A stretch of 64,000 nucleotides of DNA from the NCBI RefSeq assembly GCF_006345805.1, contig NW_021836000.1, positions 221,407-285,406 on the forward strand, written 5' to 3'. The notes beneath the pieces were generated by a model that did no database searches, had not been told where the DNA came from, and saw only the letters and a program-made list of their open reading frames with translations. This stretch comes from Octopus sinensis (Eukaryota). How positions within the stretch are numbered: position 1 is the first letter of the stretch; every line of letters starts with the position of its first letter. Both the position numbers and the translations under genes were made by a program. Shown here piece after piece: positions 1 to 12,900 of the stretch.

Positions 1-19
1 CGAAAAAAGAGAAAGAAAG

Positions 20-1707
20 TTAATGATTTTTGATATATTCAACAACATTCATTGAAAGTTTTTCAGCGTTTTCCTTGCTTTTTGCTTCTGAATAAATCCT
101 CACTACATCTTCAGTGCCGGACGGTCTGACGAAACATCTCCCGTCATCGACCAAATCTACATTTCTATATATGAAGTCTTGAAGTTCGTGATGTGACACA
201 AGTCGTCTCTCAGCATCACATGTTTTAAATGCATACCTATCCGGGACATTAACCTACAAAATTATTGACCAATATTAAATAAGCCTTCATCAATACTGAT
301 GGAAATTCCTGATATTGGCCATTCCCGTCATCAAGACTCCATTGATAATAAGACAATATTATTTCGATTAATAACATGGCAGAAATGGCATCGCCTATTG
401 CAGGATTTATCATTTCATTTGAAGGCAATAAAAATTTTGCCGTCCAAATTTCTTCTTTCTAAATTAAAATATCAAAACTAAATTTTATTACCACAGAACT
501 AGAATGGACAATACTTTCTAATGTTCTGCACAATTTTTCAGAAAAATAAACAGACCCATGCCCGTTCGCTTCAAAATAAACACCAAGATCCAATTCTTTT
601 GCTTTTTTAACAAGATGCTTGACTCCAGTTGGTACAAATAACACATCAACACCCAAAACATTTTTGATGTATTTAGACGAGGCTCCATTGGCATAAGCTG
701 TTTGTACTGCTCCAAGAGAAACGTGCTGAAATAATATTCATTTATTCACTTTAAGATGGGAGATTGTGATGAGATGTTTAAAAAATTTGACAAAAAGACA
801 CAGAATCCGATCTCCGTCTAAAATAGTGAAACCATTTTTATCATTTTGGTAAAAATAGATTATCCTATCTGCATCCCCGTCAAAAGATATACACTTTTCA
901 AATTTTAGTTCATAAAAACCGACTGGTTTACATTTTTTTGTTTTTACATAATCAGCTCCGCAATTAATATTGAGTAAATGATAGTCATTAATTGCAGCAT
1001 TATTTAATTTATAATCAAAAATTGTAGATTTTATGGAACTTTCACTGAGAACGACGGAAGCAACTCCATTGGCACAGTCCACAAGGATGGAAGATTTGGA
1101 AAAATCTTTATTTAAGAGATCTGTAGCTTTTTTATAGTCTCCGATAAGCCGACTTAAATAAATTTCGATTGAATTTTCAGGATTCCAACATTTTTCGTTG
1201 TTATAAAACACAGAAAAATGCAGACATGGAGTTGTGGTGAGTCCAATATTGATAGGAACGATATAATCAACAAAAAGATTAATTCCATCCATTAAACATC
1301 CTAAAAGTTCAAGAGAGGAGCCTCGGCTGTCGTATCCGATTATAATATTAGTTTTTGTTTTATTTTTCGTTTTAAGTATATCCAGCAGTGATAATAATAA
1401 TTGTTTGTCATTCGAGTTAACAAATTCATTACAAATTCTTCAGCTTCTTGAGCCATCATTCCTCCATCTGGGTCTACTATTTTTATTCCATTATCTTCTG
1501 GAGGGTTGTGGGATGCTGTAATCATTAAGCCAATATTTGATTTAAGAAAGATAGACCGAACAGAGGCAAACAATCCAACTTTAAAAAAAGTAGTTTTAAT
1601 GTATCGGCGCATCCGCGATAACCGGCTGTGCCATAATTCCATTTAGGTTCTACGATTGTATTTTTATATTTGCTTATTCCTCTCAAAGAACCACTTTGAA
1701 AATCCAT
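20..1707 (-). CDS. PGM3: Phosphoacetylglucosamine mutase, spliced
   Basis: Motifs [36 protein letters not shown] and [17 protein letters not shown]. Introns at ~727-750 (24 nt), 459-491 (33 nt) and 254-284 (31 nt, GC-AG). Several 1-nt homopolymer frameshifts. Confidence 0.95.
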
Positions 1708-1793
1708 ATATATTGAATTCTTGCAACATTATTCAAATTATAAAATAACAAATAATAATACAAAAATACAGAAAATATTTTACAAAAGCGTTA

Positions 1794-3641
1794 CAGTCCG
1801 ATTTTGAATTGGAACACTAAGTGTTCCAAAAACTGAGGTTTTGTCAAAAAATTAATATCAATATACATTTAATAATTTAATTAATGCAAAAAAGTCTTAA
1901 ATATTATTATTTATTGAAAATAGTCATCGATCCTTTTTCCATAACTATAATTTTTCTTCAAACTACTGAACAAATTTTGTCTGAAACAGTAAAAATCATT
2001 TAACAAAATTGGAGCTATGTCTAGAACTGATTCTTCCAATTCATTCACTTTTGTTACTACTTCTTTGACCGTAGTCTGTTTATTTTGCATACCACTGTAA
2101 AAAATTTCTTCATTATCGTGGCTTTCCGTATTTTCCAACACTTCGTCTACAACTTGTTCTATAACAGGGGTGTCAAACATGCGGCCCGCGGGCCGCATGT
2201 GGCCCTCGAAAGACATCAATGATTGGCGTAAATTAATTTTTGTAAGTAAGTCGTAGTAAAAATCTTTTTCATCTATACAACAAATAAATTCAATTAACGC
2301 CTTCGAATAATTATCTTTAAAAGCTTTGATTATCCCATTATCCAATGGTTGAAGAATTGGAGTTGTATTTTTGGGTAAAAACAGCAATTCGATATTTGAA
2401 AGCGATTTATTTTCATGACACGAAGCGTTATAAAGAATTATTAAAATTTTTCTCTTTTCCATTTTCATTCGTTCATTCACTAAGAATAACCATTGAACAA
2501 AAATATCTCTTGTCATCCAGGCATTTTTGGAAGATGAGTACATAGCACCATAATCCTCAGGGTTAAAATTTCTGAAGCATCTGGGATTTTTAAATTTCCC
2601 GATTATTAAAGGATCAAATTTTTGGCCTGAATAACTGCAGCAAAAGAGCAAAGAAATTTTTTCCTTTTCCTTATTTATTTTAGAACCTGACGCTTTTTTA
2701 TTTGTTTGTACGAATGATTTTTTTGGGGTCTTTTTTATAAAAAGACAAGTTTCATCGATGTTAAAGATATTATTTTTTCCAAATTGATCAATTTTTGCAT
2801 GGAAAATTTTTAAAAATGATTGAATTCCATCACGATTACATGAGTTTTTTTCGCCGCTAAGGATTTTGAATTTGAGTTCATGTCTTTTTTTAAAATTCAT
2901 TAACCAACCATTCGATGCTTTAAAGCTTGTAATGTTCAATTTACCCGCAATTTTCAAACCCTAAAACAATGTGAGAAAAAGTAAAATTACCAATTTTTTT
3001 GATAAGAGGACCAAAACTGGAATATTTTGGAGCCGTAATTGTTGAAAAACGTCGATAACTTTACTATCCAATGTTTTAAAAATATCGTCAGTTTTTGTTT
3101 CAGTCCGAAAATTTGGAATAATGTTCCCACAGGTTATTTTCGGCGTAATCGTTTTTTATTCAAGCAATTGTGCCAATGCTCGTTTCATATTTTTGAGCAA
3201 GTACTCTGTGTGAATGACTTTTTAGTTGTCGAGCAATTTCAACCTTTTTCTCGTAACTGAGACCCATAATGATTTAGCGTGGAGTTTTTTTAATCCAAAT
3301 TAATTAATTTTTTTAATGGCTAGAAATAAATAATAATAATAAATTTTGTTCCAAATCGAGGTTTTCATTTAAAAGGAATTATTTATTCTAGGCAGAGATC
3401 CTACAAAGTGTTCCAAAAACTGAGGTTTTAAATGTTAGGGTCAAACTACTAAGTAAAGTCAACAAACTAATAAATTCTCCCAGCGAGACGGAGGGAACAG
3501 CTGTTGCCACGCATGACAGCCAGCAGGATCCTCTGAATGAGGAAAGTAAATTCCCTAGGGTCCTTGGACCGCAAAACTGAGGTTGTTTCAAAAACTGAGG
3601 TGTTCCAGCCCCGAGGTCTGTTCCAAATCGAGGTCGGACTG
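1794..3641 (-). mobile_element. Tigger/pogo DNA transposon, degenerate
   Basis: TIRs CAGTCCGA..TTGGAAC / GTTCCAA..TCGGACTG flanked by TA. CENP-B HTH plus DDE_1 ORF 1911-2957 (ASNGWL, NIDET, LQPLDNGII). Probable 30-nt intron at 2961-2990. Confidence 0.9.
2166..2209 (+). mobile_element. Orphan hAT terminus inside the Tigger transposase
   Basis: CAGGGGTGTCAAACATGCGGCCCGCGGGCCGCATGTGGCCC is a Charlie/Buster-type end, similar to the end at 24110-24151. Confidence 0.7.
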
Positions 3642-3759
3642 TATATATTTTAACTAGCCGTTCTGGAGTATTTAGTTCGGTAATAGTCTCCGATAAAATC
3701 GTGCATTAGATCGTGTATTTATATTATATCTTACTGTAGAGATAAACTATTAAGAGTCC

Positions 3760-4230
3760 TTGAAGATATCGTTGATGATGACTCTTTGAAAATTGTGCGT
3801 TTTTTGCTGAATGATACGAGACTCGTAGTGAAAGTGGGGATAGACCATGAGGATTGGTACTCCACCAGTTTTTCTTTTAATCTATTTGGAAGCTGCATTG
3901 AGGGACCTTAGAAAGAAATTGCATTAGTTAAATAATTATTTTGTGAAACTAATATACGCTAAATGACATCGATTTTGCGTCTGAGAATGTTGAGATTCTA
4001 AGAACTGTAGTGGCTAAAGTCACAATAGTTCTGAAGAGGTGATACCTGAAGATCAATTCTGAAAAAATGTGATTGGCTTTGATTCTGGGGCTATTGACAC
4101 TGAATAATAAGAAGTGACCGGGTCGCTTTTTGTAATGCTGAGGACATGGCCTGCAGAAAAATGTTGGCATCCTGTGTAGTAAAAATGATATGAAGTATCT
4201 GCACACGCAGAAAACTTATCTTCTTAAATT
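3760..4230 (+). pseudogene. RTE-like reverse transcriptase remnant
   Basis: Translates to LKIVRFLLNDTRLVVKVG and IYA(D)DIDFASENVEIL...LKINSEK, with stops and frameshifts. Confidence 0.5.
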
Positions 4231-4454
4231 TTCAGATAAGCTTGTATAATGCCGATGGCTTCAAAATCCCATTGGTAAAGAGAAAGTTTTGGTTTCTGCC
4301 ACAAAAAAGTAGTTCCATCGTGAAGCAAATAAACCCGCCATTTATTGAGTTTTTCAATAGACTGGGATACAACATCGTTTATATCGACAAAAAACCACCA
4401 TCTGAAAAAATAGATACCAACTAAATATCAAATGAACTTATATTTCACGCATTA

Positions 4455-6298
4455 TAGTGCGACCCGAATTAGGAAAATTTTTCCCCAATTTTAAGGTTTT
4501 CACCAAAAATAGGGTTTTCCTTAAATTTAGGTCTCTCCTGTTCGATATGTTACCTTAATAATATAACCATAACGGATAACTACAATGTTTATTTTTAATA
4601 AAAAAATCAGTTAATTTTATTCGAATGTTTTGTTTTTTTGCATCAAGCTCATAATATTTGGTTTAAATCTGAATAGATAAAGTACATTTCCTGAGTTCTT
4701 GCTCAATAACATTTACCAGCATTGTTCATAACTTATTGATCATCCAGATGTTCCAGAAATTCTTCCCTGCAATCCTCTTCATCACTACTGTCATCATCCC
4801 ATAAACTCTTCAAAATCGCATTTTCCATAATATCCGAATCAACCAGACTTTCTCCATATATATTTTTCTCCTGTGTAACTGACTCATTTCTTTCAATAAA
4901 ACTCTTTTTGGAAAAAGCTTTATAAAATAATGCAGTTTCATCACAGTTTCTCCGCCATAGTTTTCGAGCGAATCATTGAAAGTCAATTGGAAGTTTTCCG
5001 CACTTCCTTTATCAGCTGATCGTGATTCTCCATTTAATATTCTGAATTTTATTTCGAATTGTTTCTTAAATCTGTAAAGCTATCCATTAAAAGCAGTCAA
5101 ATCATGTGATTTCTATAACAATTTTAAGTGCAATAAGCTTTAAGGTTGGCCCATTGATTGGGAAACCTTTCGACCTGAGTTTACAAAAAATCTCGCAAAC
5201 TTTGTTATTCAATTCATGTCCAATTGTCCCTTAAGATGTATAGAAGCCTTGAGGTAGGATTTCTTTCCTTTTCTTTTTAAGTCGGTATAGCATTCCCTTA
5301 AAGATGTTAAATCCCTCAAAAATCTTTTTATCCTTATCACCCGACTGTATATTTTTGCAAATTCTGATCTTTTCACTTTGATTTAATTTTCTAAGCAATT
5401 AACTTTAAAAATTGATAATTTCGATGTTTTAACAGGTTAATTATTTAACTAACTAAATTACCAGATTTGTTTCATTTAACAAAAGTATCACCACCAATAA
5501 TCTTCAAGATCTTTCTTAGCTTTTCCCGATGTTGGACTCTGAACCCAACGCAAGTGCGGAACAGACGGGGAACAGTTTTCGTAAGGAATTGAATCGAGGT
5601 GATGAGCTCCTGGTTGCTAATTGATATATGATGGTCTTTTGACAGTTTTTTCTGTTGAATGGCTAAGAACCCCTTTCCATCTTTCTTAATTAGATTGTCA
5701 AGTGGACTTGAAATAATATTGTTCAAATTGGAAATTTGAATTATGCTAGCCGCAAATCGGCATAGTGTAGTCTCAATTTTAAGCCATGTGGTTCACCAGT
5801 TGTTGCAACACTGGAGGCGCACAGAATGATCCTAGAGCATTCGAGAAAAAACAACCATTTGCTGTTCCCAGCTGGAATTATCCAGACGAAAATCCCGGGG
5901 CCTCACCCCCTCGATAGACGAAAGGCTTGAGCAAATTACCAAGTTAAATAAATTTTAAAATTATTGATTACAGATTTGGAAAAACAAATTACAATAAATA
6001 AATAATAATAAATCAAAAATTATAGATATAACGACTTAAATATGGCTACGAGGGCTGGTACGGTACGGAGGAGAGTGACTACCTGATCGAACAGTTAGAA
6101 AAGACGATTCTATTCTATTCTATAGATATATATTAATGAATCGTTTATGATATTATAAAATTTTTTTCTAGTATGGGGTTTATTTCATTAAAAATCATCT
6201 TATTTGTTAGGGATGGCGAAAATATTTCTTCAAAAGCAAGTTTTTCTCCAAAAAAAGGTTTTCCGCTAGTTGATTTTTCCAAATTCGAGGTCGCACTG
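4455..6298 (-). mobile_element. Tigger/pogo element, degenerate
   Basis: TIRs (T)AGTGCGACCCGAATTAGGAAAA / TTTTCCAAATTCGAGGTCGCACTG flanked by TA. Broken CENP-B/DDE fragments at 4620-5400 (GFPINGPTL, ILNGESRSAD, DETALF). Confidence 0.8.
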
Positions 6299-6528
6299 TA
6301 TTAAAAATACTCAAATTAAACATTTCAGATTGAAAAAATATACAAATTAAAATACTAAAAATAACAAAATTAAAATTATTTAATTTTGAAAATAACAGTT
6401 GTGTGTCGAATATTCAATAACGAAACACGATAATAATACTTTAATTACAAAATAAATCAAAAATATTTTTTTAAAAGAAAATTATCAAAATCTACAATAT
6501 TCAAAAAAAACATTATCTTTAATATATA

Positions 6529-7200
6529 TCATTGGCCGATTTCCAAAACAAGCATTCCATGTGCCAAAGTTTGTCTGCATTGCTCAAACAACACCACACG
6601 CGCCTACAAACAACATTCCCTAATAAATCTACATAAACAACTCCCTTAATATCTACCCCTTGAATCTTTAAAACTCCAAATCAACAATTTATCACCCTTC
6701 TACAAAACACAATACCTTAATCTAAGCAAATAATTTACTATCAAATAAGCCTCCAATGTCTCATTCGACATTTTGAGAACATGTTTATAAGTATAAAAAT
6801 AATATTACCAATCAATCACGTTATTAAATGCAATATTAAATCAATTGTCTCTGATTAAGATAAATTAGAGACCACTGAGCTAGAATTTGAACACGTGTCC
6901 TTATATATGACATTGTGGAGTAAACGTAATATCATATTCAGGTCAAACTTATGAATTCTTGCATGAAAATAATGTAGGGATATCTCTGAGTTGATAGCAA
7001 AGTTAAAAACTCTTTTCCAGTCGAATTCGACATCTTTTTCACGTGGGAACTTCAAATCGTTCAAAATGAGCGCCGATAAAGCCAAACTAGCCGGTGTTTG
7101 CTTTAATAAGTTCTAAACATAAAGTTTATATTAAAAATATTTGATTAGACTTGATTTCAAGTGATTAAAGTGGTTTAATTGAGCTATTTCGAGCCAAGAC
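6529..7200 (-). pseudogene. Arginyl-tRNA synthetase C-terminal (DALR) fragment, RARS2-like
   Basis: ALSALILNDLKFPREKDVEFDWKRV, LHYFHARI and ARVVLFEQCRQTLAHGMLVL, with micro-introns. No N-terminal catalytic domain is visible, and a hAT remnant lies directly upstream. Confidence 0.7.
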
Positions 7201-7250
7201 GTATAAAAGGGCAATTTAGATCACGTAATGAATTCGATCAAACGTTAGAC

Positions 7251-7800
7251 CAGGCATTCTCAATCTTTGTTTGTTCTCGCCGCCTTTGATATTTTCTCGC
7301 CCCCTTGTCCATATACAATTTTAAAAATTTTTGTGCATTGTCCCTTAATTGGTTGTTTTTTTGTATATAACATAAAAATCAAAATATAAAACAATAAATC
7401 AAAATATAAAGCAAACATTGAATTTTTATTAAAAATTATTAGTGAGACCCTTGAATTTCAGCAATTTTATATGAAACGATATGCGCACCCACAACTACAT
7501 ATAAATAAATGTTAAATAACCATCATGTAATGGCATTGTGAATAACGTTTTCTTATTTTCAAAATTATATTTTAAAGTTTGCAAATATTCAATCGGCTTT
7601 GACATTTTTTCCGGATGCTTACGTTTTAAATGATCCTGTAATCGTGATGGCTTCATCGCTTCATTTGAGAAAGAACATTGACAATTAAGACAATAAGGCT
7701 GTTTTGTATCTTCACTACTTTGAAATATTCGTTTTAATAATGACGACTTTCCTTATTTGAGCGAGAAGACATTTTAGATGTAAAAACAGCGTGCTATTTT
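7251..7800 (-). mobile_element. hAT remnant, one terminus
   Basis: CAGGCATTCTCAA end after a Buster-type target (CGTTAGAC), followed by decayed AT-rich internal sequence. Confidence 0.45.
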
Positions 7801-7837
7801 TAATATAAAATTTAAATTAAGACAAAAGTACCTAATC

Positions 7838-8979
7838 GGTACTTTTGTCGAAGTGGTCGCAGTTTTTTTAGGCCTTTTAAAAAATCTAATAATTTTTGAG
7901 GTGGAATATATTATATTTTATTTAAGTCGCTCTATCAATAATTTAAAATATTATTAAATTTTTTACTAATTTATTTTCTAATTTTTTTAATATTATGGCG
8001 AGCATGTACCTAATATTGATATAAACTGGCACTATAGGTCACATGGAAAATTCTGTTGTGCACTTATGCAACATCAAATTCCGACAGCTCCCAATAAGTA
8101 AGGAGGATGCAGTGCATTTTCTGCAAAATGTGGATATCCTTTCAAAATCACGTATATGTCCGAAGGGACATCAGATGGAATTAGTCTTGGGACCGAAGCT
8201 CAATTGGAAATGCTCAAGAGTTGGTTGTAGAGTCCAATGTTCTATTAAAAAAGGTATAATTTCTCTCAAATAATTCTAGATACCTGGTTAGAGAATTGTA
8301 GATTGCCATTTGAGGATGTCATCGCCTACATATACTTATGGAGTTACGATAGGCATACCTTCAAATGGCTTCATCACGAATACAATTGGGGTGAACATAC
8401 ATATGTCGATTGGGCTATGTTTTTACGTGAAGTCTGTGTGGACGCACTTGTTAAAAGATCTGACGGCAAAATTGGTATTATTAATGTTTATTTCAGGTGG
8501 TCCTGGTATGATTGTGGAGGTAGACGAGAGTATGTTTTCCAAACGGAAAAACAACTCTGGAAGAGTTTTACCAAAACAGTGGGTCTTCGGTGGTATTTGT
8601 CGAGCCACCAAACAGTGTTTTCTGCAACCAGTCGCGGATAGGAGCAGAGAAACACTGCTCAGTCTAGTAATTCGATATGTCGAGGTGGGAAGCATTATTT
8701 ATAGTGACTGCTGGAAAGGTTAGCATTATTTGATTAACATTTAGGGTATTCAACTGATCAATTGGTTGAAAACGGCTACACACACGAAACCGTTAACCAT
8801 AAGTAAGGAAATATAATATAAAAAATGACTAAATTGGTTAAATAAATTTTTAAATAATTTTAATAACCATTTAAATTATTGATAGAGGGTTATAAATTAA
8901 ATAATCTATTTTTCACTAAAAAAATTAATTAATTTTAATTATCTTCTAAAAAAACTGCGACCACTTCGACAAAAGTACC
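7838..8979 (+). mobile_element. Merlin (IS1016/ISXO2-like) transposon with a 3'-truncated, intron-containing transposase
   Basis: Perfect ~30-bp TIR GGTACTTTTGTCGAAGTGGTCGCAGTTTTTT. Motifs GGPGMIVEVDES, WVFGGI, IYSDCWKGY and HETVNH. Introns at 8254-8279, 8475-8496 and 8719-8744. Confidence 0.92.
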
Positions 8980-9416
8980 GAGAAATATCCAATTGACTAG
9001 ACCTATTTTTTTAACCATTGGTTTTTTAATTGTAAAATTTTCCCCCCCCAAAAATTTTTTGCACACGTCACTTTATAACGCTGCACAATGCAATGTGCCC
9101 AGCGCGCATAGCTACCACTCGCTTAGAGGGAACACTGCTCTCGATCCGACAGTATATAAAAACGGACTAGAACATTTCCCTGAGTTATAAAAAGGTGGCA
9201 TCGAGGGGATAAAATATTGGAATTTTTTCTGAAAATTTTCTTTAAATGAACATGAAAGACTTTATAAGGTATTTAAATTTGTTTTTTGGCATTTGGAATT
9301 GAAATTGATTTCATTGATTGGGAGTAGTGTCATCATTTGCCGGGAAAAAATTGTTGAAAGTCTTTATAATAGTAGAATGTCTAAAATTGATAAGTAGATA
9401 TTTAAAAAAATTATTA

Positions 9417-10828
9417 CAGTAAAACCTCTAATGCTCGCCATTTTCGGGACCGAAGAAAAAATGGCGAGCAACAGAAATAATCAATAAATTTTTTGACTTT
9501 GAAATTTTGAAAACATCTCGGTTTTCGATCATAAGTGAGCCTTCCAAGTCATATTTGAGCAAAGAAACAAAGAGAATCGAAAGAAATTAAAAGGAAAAAA
9601 TTAACAAAAAAAATCTTTAATAGTTTTTTTTAATTCAGCCATATTTCTACTAACGGTGTCGATTAGTTTCAACGAATTTATATCAAAATTTTCATTTTGA
9701 TAAAAGAATGACTTTAATCTTTTCAAATTTTCAAAGCCTCTTCTGAATTCACATGAGATTCTTCATTATGAGTATCTTCATCGTCATATTTTTATGGGAA
9801 AGAATCTCCAGCAATATTAAGGTAATCTTCAATATTTCGGTAAATTCATGACTAATAAAATCATTTTTATCCACCGTGTCCAATATTTTCAAAGTATTTA
9901 CCATTTGATCATAATTATCAATTTCAACAGTTGGTCTTTCGAGTTGATTTTCACATTCGATCCATTTTGAATGTCCGAAACAATTTATAATTGTTTTGGT
10001 CGTTACTTTTTTCCAGGCAAAATATGTAAAAAGAAGACTGTCTTTTAAGGTTAATTTTTTATGAGCTTCCAGTGGATTTTTTCCATTTTCAATTTTTTCC
10101 AGTTTCATCAGCGTTATAAATGTTTTCAGCATTATATTGTTGAATCTTTGCAGAGATCAAATAAGTAAATGCATCAATTTCTTGTTTCTAATCAACTGCA
10201 GTATATCTTGATTCTCCATGTAAAGTCCTCAATTTTAAGTAGTTCAAGATAAGGATCTTGAACTTGCTTAGCCATCCATTGCTGACTTTAAACTCTTTAA
10301 TTCCATAATATTAGCAATGTTCTTTGCTTTCAACAAAATTGAATTATCGTCCAGAAACCCCCCTATAAGCTCAATGTATTCCATCCAAGTTAATAGTTCG
10401 GTGTCAATAACAGAATAAGTTAAGTTAGATAATCTCTTCTTATTGGAGAAAATAGGATCAGTAGACATTATTTTCTCTTTTCCAAGTCTTAAATCGTTCA
10501 CAGCCCTTCGAGGTATTTTTTCTTCAAAACAGAAGAAAAAATATAAGCTATACGGCCCATCGTGAGACTTTTGTTCTCCTCCATGTACGCAATAATGAGA
10601 CGTTTTTCATTAAAAGACAATCTTGTGCACTTACGCACGTTGAATTTAGCGTGGTTGAAATATTTTATATAAAAAATAGTTTAACCAAAAAAAATATTTT
10701 TAAAAATTAATGGCGAGATTTAGAAAATGGCGAGCAATAGAATATTTATCAAAATTTACTAGAAATTTTTAATTTTTTCAAAAATATGTGGCGAGCAATA
10801 GAGGTGGCGAGCACCAGAGGTTTTACTG
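9417..10828 (-). mobile_element. Tigger/pogo element with internal deletion
   Basis: TIRs CAGTAAAACCTCT..GCTCGCCA flanked by TA, repeated subterminal TGGCGAG motifs, and HTH and C-terminal DDE fragments (AWKKVTTKTIINCF). Confidence 0.88.
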
Positions 10829-10840
10829 TATTGATTATAT

Positions 10841-10969
10841 GGTACTTTTGTCGAAGTGGTCGCAGTTTTTTTAGAAGATAATTAAAATTAATTAATTTTT
10901 TTCCACCTCAAAAATTATTAGATTTTTTAAAAGGCCTAAAAAAACTGCGACCACTTCGACAAAAGTACC
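10841..10969 (-). mobile_element. 129-bp MITE derived from the Merlin element at 7838-8979
   Basis: Same TIRs and subterminal sequence as that element, in inverted orientation, with no coding sequence. Confidence 0.92.
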
Positions 10970-11064
10970 ATATTCTCTTCTGTTTTTATTTTGTATCCAA
11001 AATTTGTATACTCGATCAAGATCCACTGTATTCCCACTTGTTAAATAGAACTTGATTCGCATGA

Positions 11065-11653
11065 TCATCTCCAAATGGTCAATCTCAAATCTAGTAGTTT
11101 AGTTTTGATACAGTTCATCAAACTAAATCCACGTTCAGCATCAGCACTCGACGCTTGAAATGTGCCACAAATATCCACAAATGTTGCAGTGGCTGAAAAT
11201 TTTTTCTCCGCTAGTATATAGTAAATTACATCTTCAAATGTTTTCAAAGCACCAGAGTGCAGTTTTTCTTTTAAAATAAACTTGAGATCTGTATATTCCG
11301 ACTGCAGTTTTATGAGTGGGACTTCTGAAGAGAGTAAATTTTCATATTTTTTCGCTAATTTAATTATCTCCTCTTTTCCAAATTCAAAGTTTGTCTGATT
11401 TTGAATTGCTTGAGTGTCAAATGCTACCCATTCTCTTAATTCGTGAGCTGGAAATCTTTCTTGTAAATGCAGATAAACATGCTCGATAAAGCATAGGATT
11501 TCATCTGTATTTGTATCTCCATAACCAGTTGTTGATAACAACATCTTCACACTGTCACTCCAGTAAATTCGCTGCGCAGAAAAAAATTTCGCTGCGCAGC
11601 AAGGTGCAAACTGCTGCGCGGCCGCGCACGCACGCAGCTTAGAGGGAACACTA
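11065..11653 (-). mobile_element. hAT (ZNF862/Tip100-like) deletion derivative
   Basis: Dimerisation motif ASSADAERGFSLMNCIKTK and a GC-rich end (T)AGTGTTCCCTCTAAGCTGCG. A similar end occurs at ~9120-9138. Confidence 0.75.
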
Positions 11654-11812
11654 ATCGAGAGCCGCCTTTTTATTAATACTGACATAAGTTTGTTGAATGA
11701 ATATTGATTCAATTCATGAGGTTTTAAATCTACATTGGCTGATGTCTTGTTTTTTGAAATAGGAAATAATGAGTCAAAAAAATCTTTAGTAATTCGAAAA
11801 CTTTAATAATTT

Positions 11813-12900
11813 TTAAGACAATCTTTTTAGATAATTTGTAGCACGATTTAAAACACTATTTTCTTTTTTGGAGAGATCAGTAAATTTATTTTCGGTATTA
11901 GATACCTCCTTAAATTTGTTGTATTCATTAAATAATTCCTGATGGTTGATTTGTGGCTGAATTTTCAAATTTTGCTTTTGTTCATCTTTTTCTTTTTTAA
12001 TTTCAAGTTTTATCATTTTTACCTAATAAATTTAATATTTGATTATACTTCGTTGATTAGTTCGGACAAATCATTGTGTTTTGACGACAATTTTGAAAAT
12101 GTATTTTTACTACTTTCTTCTAATTGAATTATTCTGTTCTAAATTGTAATTTAATAATTAATCACTTCAAATTTTTCCATTTCCTTTCTAGGGAGTTTTT
12201 TTTTCTTCTGGAGATTCTGGGGATTTTTTTTAGCTGATTCGTAGTGATCAAAGTTTTTTTGGCTTCCAAAAACTAAAGTTTCGCAAAACGTTGATACTTT
12301 ATTTCTACTTTCCATTGCTTGCTCTATCCATAATAGTTCCATTGAATCGTCTGAGTTTTGACTATTATTTGTTACTAAAATCAGAATTTTGGAATACTTT
12401 GATTATATTTTAATTTGAAAGTTTCCAAAAATATATCTCCATGATTGACATCAGATGGAGATAAAAATGAATTGATTGCATTAATAAAACAGTCTTGATT
12501 TATTTTTGATTTATTATTCTTAATTATTTGATTATTCTCAGTCTATTCAGTTTTTTCGTTTTCCTTTATTAATTCATTTTCTGTTTGAGTTGAGATTTCA
12601 TTGTGAAGTACAGTATTTGATGTTTTATTTGATATAACTGCCGTTTCTTCAAGATTAACATTCTCTGTCTTTTTAGAATTAACAATTTGATTAATTGGTT
12701 CTTGTGAATTTAAAATTATTTTTGGAGTTGATAAGCAATTTTGGCCCCATTGGATCATGTAATTTGAATTTCCTTCTATTTCGTAAAATAATTCTTCATA
12801 TTTTTTTCTTAACTTTTTAAATCTATTTCTCAATAAAAAAGATTTTAAAGTTCCCTATTAAGTTTTACGTTATGGAAAATACATGTATTTGGTCATTTAA
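11813..12900 (-). CDS. IQCC: IQCC-like (IQ domain-containing protein C-like) gene, broken by indels; boundaries approximate
   Basis: FLLRNRFKKLRKKYEELFYEIEG and MELLWIEQAMESR match, from memory, the two conserved IQCC blocks. Confidence 0.6.

Noticed and set aside
1340-1707. Frameshifts in PGM3 (also ICMT, the aminopeptidase, EFHB) as programmed frameshifting or RNA editing
   Set aside because: Most are 1-nt indels in homopolymer runs with no shared motif, and they also occur in transposons. Long-read assembly error is the simpler explanation; short reads would settle it.
8043-8800. Bacterial IS1595 contamination
   Set aside because: The transposase has three spliceosomal introns and a local MITE, so it is a eukaryotic Merlin.
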